Part shown: positions 16,332 through 22,857 of the stretch, one piece after another | How the letters are laid out: each line of letters starts with the position of its first letter | How positions within the stretch are numbered: position 1 is the stretch's first letter | Assembly: GCA_964514665.1 (NCBI GenBank) | Contig: CAZESH010000026.1 | Location: 1-24,000 of the forward strand | Direction of reading: 5' to 3' | Source: an uncultured Bacillales bacterium | GTDB lineage: Bacteria; Bacillota; Bacilli; Paenibacillales; KCTC-25726 | DNA length: 24,000 nucleotides | The notes under the pieces: generated by a model | Seen by the model: only the letters and a program-made list of their open reading frames with translations | What the model was told of the DNA's origin: nothing | The model's database searches: none | Made by a program: the position numbers and the translations under genes

Positions 16332-16350
16332 TGAAAAAAGGGGAAAATGT

Positions 16351-17425
16351 ATGTTTTGGATTGATCGAACACTAGATATACCTTTAATACGACAAGTTTA
16401 CGAACAAATTCGCACACGAATTTTACATGGGGAGCTTGTTGCCGGGGAATGCCTTCCACCTACCCGAGAACTGGCTTCCCATCTAGGGATATCTCGGAAT
16501 GTGGTGGTAGAAGCTTATGAACAATTATTAGCAGAAGGATATATTGAAGGACGCCAAGGTTCCGGAACGTATGTTGCAGAGGGAGCCTATTTGGATCAAC
16601 AGGAGAAAACGGATTACCTCTCTTTTTTTGAAATGCAGCAAGAAGAAATACATGATTTCATTGATTTTCGATCAGGGATCCCTGCTTTAGATATGTTTCC
16701 AAGACATATATGGGGACAAATCGCTAAACAAGTCTGTATTGAAACTTCACAATCTGTATTTGGTTATGGTTATCCTGAAGGAAGAAGGGAATTGCGTCAT
16801 ATCTTGTCTCGATATCTAAAAAGAACAAGAGGAGTTCATTGCCATTCGGATCAGTTGGTTATTACATCTGGAGCCACACAAGCTTTATCTCTTATTGCAA
16901 ACTTACTACTTTCACCAGGAGATGAGGTAATCATCGAAGATCCGATTACGCACGAAATTCAGACCATTTTTTCTTCCCCGGGATCAGTACTTTATCCTAT
17001 ACCTGTGGACGAACAAGGAATGAAAACAGATTTAATCCCCCAAAATAAAAAGCCTAGCTTTATTTTTGTCACTCCATCTCATCAATTTCCGCTCGGGGGG
17101 ACGTTACCTGTTCAACGCCGGATTCAGCTAATTCAATTTGCCAGAACAGCTGATTGCTTTATTGTAGAAGATGATTATGACAGCGAATTTCGTTATCAAG
17201 GAGCTCCTATTAATTCACTGCAGGGTCTCGACCCAAAGAGGGTAATTTATATTGGAACATTCAGCAAAATATTGTCACCTGCACTCAGACTAGGGTACTT
17301 AATTCTCCCTCCTTCCTTAACGAAACGTTGTAAAGATCTAAAATGGTTCATGGATCTTCATACTCCTTCATTACAACAACTTACCCTTGCGCGTTTTATT
17401 GATGAGGGACACCTGGAACGTCATA
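16351..17425 (+). pseudogene. MocR/GabR-type regulator (GntR wHTH plus fold-type-I aminotransferase-like domain), 5' portion, interrupted by an IS
   Basis: wHTH region LPPTRELASHLGISRNVVVEAYEQLLAEGYIEGRQGSGTYV. The aminotransferase-like domain has the PLP-Lys motif YIGTFSKILSPALRLGY. The reading frame runs into IS sequence after ...IDEGHLERH. Confidence 0.85.
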
Positions 17426-17495
17426 TGATGCTAGACTAAATAGTAGACACAGATTACACTGATAAAACAACTAGTATCGGAGGACTGTGTCAACA

Positions 17496-17780
17496 ATGAA
17501 AAAACCTCTCTATGATGAAGCGTACAAAAAGAAGACAGTTCAGTATATCAAGGAAAGCGGGAAGGCGGTGGCGGCAGTAGCCCGTGAGTTGAAGATCAAG
17601 GACAACACGTTGTATGGCTGGATGAAGAAGTTCGGCAACGAGCCGGAAATCGCTCAACACCAAGCGTTTAAGTCAGAAGATCATCAATTACGGGAAATGC
17701 AAAAACAAATACGTGAACTGCAAGAGGAGAACGAAATCTTAAAAAAGGCCATGCACTTCTTCGCGAAAGACCGTCGGTAA
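17496..17780 (+). CDS. IS3-family transposase OrfA (HTH plus leucine-zipper part)
   Basis: MKKPLYDEAYKKKTVQYIKESGKAVAAVARELKIKDNTLYGWMKKF...LQEENEILKKA. GGAGG lies 12 nt upstream of ATG 17496; the ORF track starts at GTG 17487. Confidence 0.85.
   Translation: MKKPLYDEAYKKKTVQYIKESGKAVAAVARELKIKDNTLYGWMKKFGNEPEIAQHQAFKSEDHQLREMQKQIRELQEENEILKKAMHFFAKDRR
17741..17747 (+). promoter_or_regulatory. Programmed -1 ribosomal frameshift heptamer A-AAA-AAG
   Basis: In the orfA frame the codons are TTA AAA AAG. A -1 slip enters the orfB frame and gives ...KKGHALLRERPSVKYEFIHEYRSEYRLEKLCNVMNVSRSGY, a typical OrfAB junction. Confidence 0.7.
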
Positions 17781-17827
17781 AATATGAATTCATTCACGAA
17801 TACCGCTCCGAGTACCGACTGGAGAAG

Positions 17828-18652
17828 TTGTGCAACGTAATGAACGTATCTCGCAGCGGATACGACAAATGGAAAGATCGCCCTGAGAGCGAACGCGAGA
17901 GTCAACACAAAGAATGGACTGAGCAAGTCAAGAAAGTCTTTGAGGAATCTCGCCAGCTCTACGGAAGCCCCAAGGTCACGCAAAAGCTATATCAGCAAGG
18001 AGTGAATGTGTCCGAGCGGACAGTCACACGCATTATGCACGAGCAACGGTGGCGATCTCGAACGGTGAAAAAGTACAAGGCTACAACAAACTCAAAACAT
18101 AACCTGCCGGTTCACGAGAATGTGCTGAATCAGGAATTTACAGCCTGTAAGCCAAACGAAAAATGGGTGACAGACATCACTTACATTCCTACAGCGGAGG
18201 GCTGGCTTTACCTGGCGAGCGTGATGGATCTATACTCCCGTAAGATCGTTGGATGGCATATGAGTGACAGGATGACGAAAGAGCTTGTGCTGCAGGCTCT
18301 ACAGCAGGCTCACGGTCGCCAGCAACCAGAAGGTGAGGTGCTCCACCATTCTGATCGCGGGAGTCAATACGCCTCTCACGACTATCAAAAGCAACTTCAA
18401 ATCTATTCGATGAAAGGCAGTATGAGCCGTAAGGGAAATTGTTACGATAACGCTTGTATCGAGTCGTTTCACAGCATCATTAAGAAAGAGCTTATTTATT
18501 TGAACAAGTACCAGACGCGTGAGGAAGCCCAAAAGAGCATCTTCGAATACATTGAAGTATTTTACAATAACCAACGCATTCACTCGTCTATCCAATATCT
18601 TACACCCGACGACTTTGAATGCAAATACTACGTTAGTGTAGTAAAGCAATAA
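17828..18652 (+). CDS. IS3-family transposase OrfB (DDE/rve integrase core), expressed as an OrfAB fusion by frameshift
   Basis: DDE motifs WVTDITYI, HHSDRGSQYAS and CYDNACIESFHSIIKKE. The frame is -1 relative to orfA and is open from about 17747. Confidence 0.9.
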   Translation: MCNVMNVSRSGYDKWKDRPESERESQHKEWTEQVKKVFEESRQLYGSPKVTQKLYQQGVNVSERTVTRIMHEQRWRSRTVKKYKATTNSKHNLPVHENVLNQEFTACKPNEKWVTDITYIPTAEGWLYLASVMDLYSRKIVGWHMSDRMTKELVLQALQQAHGRQQPEGEVLHHSDRGSQYASHDYQKQLQIYSMKGSMSRKGNCYDNACIESFHSIIKKELIYLNKYQTREEAQKSIFEYIEVFYNNQRIHSSIQYLTPDDFECKYYVSVVKQ

Positions 18653-18683
18653 AATTTGTGTCTACTATCTTGACAGAGGTCCA

Positions 18684-19009
18684 ATATTAGAAAAATGAAA
18701 AAAATATATAAAACACGTCGGGATCACGTAAAAAAATGCTTGTTAAAAGAATTTGGTACTCAAGTCAGTGTTGCAGGTGATTCAACAGGTCTGCATTTGA
18801 TTGCTGAATTTGATAACATAGTATTTTCAGATGAAATCATAAATGAAATACTTAATGAACATAAGGTGAAAATTTATCCAGTGGAACTGCATACTATTCG
18901 AAAAGGCACACATCAAAACAAAGTAATATTAGGTTATGGGAATCTGACGACAGAGGAAATAGAAGAAGGTATCCATAGGTTAAAATTAGCCTTTATGCCA
19001 AACAAGTAG
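18684..19009 (+). pseudogene. MocR/GabR-type regulator, 3' portion downstream of the IS
   Basis: (I)RKMKKIYKTRRDHVKKCLLKEFGTQVSVAGDSTGLHLIAEF... is the conserved C-terminal segment of MocR proteins. Joining 17425 to 18687 restores ...LERH-IRKMKKIY... in frame, giving about 465 aa in total. Confidence 0.85.
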
Positions 19010-19577
19010 GAATGAGTTAAGCAATGGCTCTTCGCCATTTAGTGTGGGAAATGAGTTATAGATCAAATCATTGACGGCTTGACATGGATCCTCTGCAGGT
19101 ATGATTCCTTACTCAAGCCCGAAGCCGAAAAAGGTTTCGCCAGGCCAGGCTCACCAGCCTATCATGCCCACCTCTCCATGTAGGGGTTTCGCCAACAAAT
19201 CGCGGAAAACGTACGCTAAGTAGACGAAGCCAGCAAAATCGACGCTTTTCCGTCCTCCTTTGGAAGTTAGGCGCGGAAGAAAGTTAGGCGAGACTGGAGG
19301 GGGTTTCCCTCGTCTATCTCAGCGATAGACGAGGGAAACTAACTTTGCTTAAATCGGCAGGATATCTGCGCTCTCTGGAAAAAACTCCATCCTTGAAACC
19401 TCTTGAAACATAAGGCTTTTCGGCATTTTGGGAATGTCCGTTCGCTTCATCCCGGCTCGCCTAACACCACATTCACGCTACGGGCCTTACGGCCCTTGGT
19501 CTGCCCGATGGATTTCGAACAAGTGGAATCATGTAGACAACGCTGCACTGGCTAACCTCCTACTTGGGCGCCTGAGC
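19010..19577 (-). other. Non-coding, highly structured region; possible 5' fragment of a degenerate group II intron
   Basis: There is no credible ORF. After a terminator the minus strand reads GCTCAGGCGCCCAAGTAGGAGGTTAGCCAGTGCAG, which resembles the Ll.LtrB intron 5' end as I remember it (GTGCGCCCAGATAGGGTGTTAAGTCAAGTAG), although the initial GUG is not intact. Other structure: a GNRA-capped hairpin GGGCC-GUAA-GGCCC (19482-19495), a 16-bp perfect hairpin (19303-19339), and a 10-nt long-range complement (19283-19292 with 19456-19465). No reverse transcriptase ORF or domain V was found. Confidence 0.35.
19303..19339. repeat. Perfect 16-bp inverted repeat with a 5-nt loop
   Basis: GTTTCCCTCGTCTATC-tcagc-GATAGACGAGGGAAAC. 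No T-run follows it. Confidence 0.7.
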
Positions 19578-20047
19578 AAAAAAAGGTACCGCCTCAGCGA
19601 TACCTTTCATATTCTCCATCGTATCCAAGTCCAGCACGGTTCCTTCATCTTCGGTACCAATACATGTTCGTAGGCATGTTTCATAATCGTTTTGGCACCA
19701 ACGTCACCTTTCAGTTCGGAGAAATGGACGAGCATCGACCTGGAAAAAAACACGGGATGCCCTTTTTGCTCCCGGAAAATCGGCTGGATCACCCGTTTTA
19801 TGTTGGGGTCCGCAGGTTTCTGCGCCTCATTTAATACACATTCGATCGTTCCGGACGCAATAAAAGGCTGATCGGACAAAAAAATAAGCATCCCGAGCGT
19901 GGAATCGGGGCAGCGTTCGCCGACAACGCGGGGATTGCGGATTTCGGCTCGTTTGCCTTTTTGAAAAAGATCCAGCCAGCTCCCAGACTGGTTGTATTCA
20001 GCGCGGGTTCGCTTTGACATTCCTGCAGCTAAGATGACCGCCCGACC
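19560..20047 (-). pseudogene. MocA/MobA-like nucleotidyltransferase (molybdenum cofactor cytidylyltransferase type), probably decayed
   Basis: - The N-terminal motif AVILAAGMSKR follows the xdhC stop in frame with no start codon.
- Only about 42 residues separate it from the LSDQP motif; I estimate about 90 in intact MocA-like proteins, so a segment appears to be missing.
- The conserved middle part is QPIFREQKGHPVFFSRSM...LKGDVGAKTIM.
- The expected C-terminus EDEGTVLDLDTMENMK... lies in another frame, with a shift near 19650-19660. Confidence 0.55.
19578..19607 (-). terminator. Candidate rho-independent terminator on the minus strand at the end of the mocA-like frame
   Basis: The minus strand reads AAAGGTATC-gctgaggc-GGTACCTTT-TTTT. 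The stem is 6-9 bp (one G-U) followed by a T7 run. Confidence 0.4.
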
Positions 20048-21100
20048 TTACACATGGATTTTCGTTCGGCCGTGAAGGGACCTGCCAGTGCTGCCGTTAC
20101 GGACCATCATCAGTTCAGATATGATACTTACAGCTACTTCTTCAATTGTCTCGGCACCTAAATCAAGTCCGATTGGGGCGTGCAGAGGGCCGCTCGATAG
20201 ATTGGCTCCGATGTTTGAAAGCATTTCTTGAGTGCGGGACTGGGGGCCTAACACACCAATAAAGCGCGGGTTGCTTTTTAACGCTAGCGCCAAAGAAGCT
20301 TCATCTCGACTCTGCTGGTGGTTCATGATGACCCACCAACTATCGTTAAAAGCAACAGGGTCTGCTTCATTGGGTTCAACGACGATATGCGATGAAGCGG
20401 CCGGAAAACGAAGTCCATTATTAAAGTCTTTACGGGGATCTAATACGGTTACGCAAAATCCCACTTGCGCAGCAACAGAAACGAGAGGTACTGCATCATG
20501 GCCGGCACCCGCTATAACCAATTGTTCACTGGGTCTCATGGTATCAATTACAAACCGGCGATTTCCGAGGGAGATAACTTCTGCACGCGTTCGTTGGAAG
20601 ATCCGATCCAATGCTTGCTGGCGAACTTCGTCTGGAAGCAGAGCCAGATCACCCCATCCATTCCCGTTCGGATCAATCAAGAAGCGAACGCCTGTCGGAA
20701 TTTCGAGGATCAACGAAATGGGACGATCTTCTTGTATAACGGTTATGGCTGTTTGCCAGAAGCTATCGTTGGGAACGACAGGAATAATCAAGATCTCCAA
20801 GGATCCTTTACAACCGATACCTAAACTCCATAACTCATTTTCACTAAGATCATATTGTCTTGTTAGAGGGATGGTTTGACAAATTGCTTCTTTTGACCAT
20901 TCAAACAAATCATTCTCCAAACAACCGCCGCTCAATGTACCAAACATTTGTCCGTCCGTTGACATCATCATCTTGGCGCCAGGTTGGCGGTAAGCCGACC
21001 CAGACACCTCAGTAATCATCAATAAACATGTTTTTTGATTGCTTTCCCAGGCTTGTTTTATTTTTTGTGTGACATCTCGTGCTTCTTGAATGCGCGACAA
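20048..21100 (-). CDS. xdhC: XdhC/CoxI-family molybdoenzyme maturation (Moco insertion) accessory protein
   Basis: N-terminal XdhC_CoxI-like region (SGSAYRQPGAKMMM...GTLSGGCLE) and a C-terminal Rossmann-like domain (LVIAGAGHDAVPLVSVAAQVGFCVTVLDPR). TTG start lies 7 nt after AAGGAGGG. Confidence 0.85.
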   Translation of the reverse strand: MSRIQEARDVTQKIKQAWESNQKTCLLMITEVSGSAYRQPGAKMMMSTDGQMFGTLSGGCLENDLFEWSKEAICQTIPLTRQYDLSENELWSLGIGCKGSLEILIIPVVPNDSFWQTAITVIQEDRPISLILEIPTGVRFLIDPNGNGWGDLALLPDEVRQQALDRIFQRTRAEVISLGNRRFVIDTMRPSEQLVIAGAGHDAVPLVSVAAQVGFCVTVLDPRKDFNNGLRFPAASSHIVVEPNEADPVAFNDSWWVIMNHQQSRDEASLALALKSNPRFIGVLGPQSRTQEMLSNIGANLSSGPLHAPIGLDLGAETIEEVAVSIISELMMVRNGSTGRSLHGRTKIHV

Positions 21101-21151
21101 GATTGCTCCCTCCTTAACTGATTAATTAGCTCTCGGCATAGCCGAATATTG

Positions 21152-21187
21152 AAACCTCAAGGTTTAGTCCATGAGGTTTTTTCTGTT
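21152..21187 (+). terminator. Terminator-like hairpin in the xdhC/coxM divergent intergenic region (function unclear)
   Basis: AAACCTCA-12 nt-TGAGGTTT followed by TTTCTGTTT. No plus-strand gene ends upstream of it. Confidence 0.3.
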
Positions 21188-21428
21188 TAAATCTATCAGC
21201 AAGATAGCATCCGTCAAAATAAAAATAATTTTCAGTTAATTATATTCATATAGTGGCCGTTATAACATATTCAAGAATAAAATATTTATTGACTTCAATC
21301 GATGGCTACGTGATGTCCAACCATTGACGAAATTTTAATATTCTAATTCTTCAATTTTTGCCATATAAAATAATAAATTCATAATAGTATAATTTATTTT
21401 TTAATAAGCAGGGAGGGATGATCATTTT

Positions 21429-22295
21429 ATGATTCCAAATTCATTTGACTATTACTCACCAACAACAGTGGAAGAAACGATTGAATTACTGCAGAAATAC
21501 GGTTACGATGCAAAAATTTTGGCGGGTGGCCAAAGTTTGCTGCCCATGATGAAGCTGCGCGTTGCGATGCCGTCAGTTTTGGTTGATATCAATCATATTG
21601 ACGATTTGCATGGCTGGCGTGAAGAGAATGGCTATTTACGAATAGGGGCATTGACGAAACATGCCGATCTCGAAAATGAATTTCATCTGAATGAGCGCTA
21701 CCCGCTTTTATCGAGAACGGCAGAATGGATTGCGGACGTACCCGTTCGAAATCGGGGTACAATTTGCGGCTCTCTTGTCCATGCAGATCCCGGTTCTGAC
21801 TGGGGAGCGGCAATAATTGCCCTGCATGCGGATGTTGAGGTGACCGGTCCGTCTGGAGTACGGCGGGTTTTTATCGATGATTTTTTTGTCGACACATTCA
21901 CGACATCGCTTGAGAACGATGAGATTGCATCGGCGGTATTGATCCCCTCCCCGATAGGCCGTACTGGGGCACGCTATATGAAGTTAGAACGTAAAGCAGG
22001 AGATTTTGCGATTGTTGGAGTCGCGTTACATGTTATCAAAGCAAGTGATGGAACCATTCTGGATGTCGGCATCGGCTTATCCGCATGCGGCGATATCCCT
22101 GTTCGGGCAAAAAAGGCTGAAGATTGGTTAATGGGGCGTCCTTTAGATAAGGAAACGATTAAACAGGCTTCGCTTTTGGCCCAGGAAGATGCGAATCCGG
22201 CTACGGATCTGAGAGGCAGTGCAGAGTACAAACGAGACCTGGTAAGAGTGTTTGTAAAGCGAGGGCTTGAAGAAATTGCAGATGAACTCCGTTAG
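21429..22295 (+). CDS. coxM: Aerobic CO dehydrogenase / xanthine-dehydrogenase-family FAD-binding medium subunit
   Basis: ILAGGQSLLPMMKLR FAD-binding motif and a C-terminal CO_deh_flav_C-type region (DLRGSAEYKRDL). 288 aa. Confidence 0.9.
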   Translation: MIPNSFDYYSPTTVEETIELLQKYGYDAKILAGGQSLLPMMKLRVAMPSVLVDINHIDDLHGWREENGYLRIGALTKHADLENEFHLNERYPLLSRTAEWIADVPVRNRGTICGSLVHADPGSDWGAAIIALHADVEVTGPSGVRRVFIDDFFVDTFTTSLENDEIASAVLIPSPIGRTGARYMKLERKAGDFAIVGVALHVIKASDGTILDVGIGLSACGDIPVRAKKAEDWLMGRPLDKETIKQASLLAQEDANPATDLRGSAEYKRDLVRVFVKRGLEEIADELR

Positions 22296-22344
22296 TTTCG
22301 CTTGCTGCCTATCCATAAATTAAACCGGGAGGGACAATTATTTT

Positions 22345-22857
22345 ATGCAGATGAGTGTAACTGTAAACGGACGTGTTTATGAATCGGATGTCGAGCCCCG
22401 TACGTTGCTTGTCTACTATCTCAGGGAGCAACTAAGACTGACGGGTGCGCATGTCGGATGTGATACGACATCTTGCGGAGCGTGCACCGTGTTATTAAAT
22501 GGAAGGGCGGTTAAATCTTGTACAGTGTTGGCGGTACAAGCGAACGGACAAGAAATCATGACGGTAGAAGGACTCGAACGTGACGGTGAGCTGCATCCTT
22601 TGCAAAAAGCATTTTGGGAAGAGCATGGCCTCCAATGTGGGTATTGCACGCCGGGAATGCTCATGTCAGCCTGTGAACTGTTGGAACGAAATCCTTTTCC
22701 TACAGAGGAGGAAGTTCGTAGAGGGATATCCGGAAATCTATGTCGATGCACAGGTTATGTGAACATCATAAAAGCAATCCAATCAGCAGGACGTCACATC
22801 GCCGGGCAAGACAAGGAAGCCAAGCACCAATCGGAGGTGGTTCCCAGTGGCAATTAA
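22345..22857 (+). CDS. coxS: Aerobic CO dehydrogenase-family [2Fe-2S] small subunit
   Basis: Two cluster motifs: [12 protein letters not shown] and CGYCTPGM...CRCTGY. 170 aa. Confidence 0.9.
   Translation: MQMSVTVNGRVYESDVEPRTLLVYYLREQLRLTGAHVGCDTTSCGACTVLLNGRAVKSCTVLAVQANGQEIMTVEGLERDGELHPLQKAFWEEHGLQCGYCTPGMLMSACELLERNPFPTEEEVRRGISGNLCRCTGYVNIIKAIQSAGRHIAGQDKEAKHQSEVVPSGN

Larger units (their letters stand above)
17426..18683 (+). mobile_element. IS3-family insertion sequence (1258 bp), apparently intact
   Basis: TG...CA termini. Imperfect terminal inverted repeats share the core ATAGTAGACACA (17440-17451; reverse complement at 18657-18668). The element is flanked by the 3-bp direct repeat ATA (17423-17425 and 18684-18686). 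It has orfA/orfB with an A-AAA-AAG slippery site. Confidence 0.9.

Noticed and set aside
16351-17439. Treating the 362-aa ORF as an intact short MocR
   Set aside because: The last residues and the stop (from the A of the split ATA/ATT codon at 17425: ...MMLD*) are read from IS sequence. The missing C-terminal 107 residues lie in frame beyond the IS.
19578-19604. GAGGCGGTACC just upstream (minus strand) of the intron-like 5' end as a possible group II intron 3' end (domain VI), which would imply tandem introns
   Set aside because: It is only an 11-nt resemblance to the Ll.LtrB 3' end as I remember it. The same bases form the terminator hairpin and lie in the native reading frame of the mocA-like C-terminus, so coincidence is more likely.
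19428-19673. 81-aa plus-strand ORF
   Set aside because: It lies across the structured non-coding segment and the antisense of the mocA-like remnant. It has no SD and an Arg/Ser/Pro-rich composition.
20232-20879. 215-aa and 119-aa plus-strand ORFs inside xdhC
   Set aside because: They are antisense to a well-supported XdhC-family gene. Their Ser/Arg/Cys-rich composition is typical of shadow ORFs, and they have no SD.
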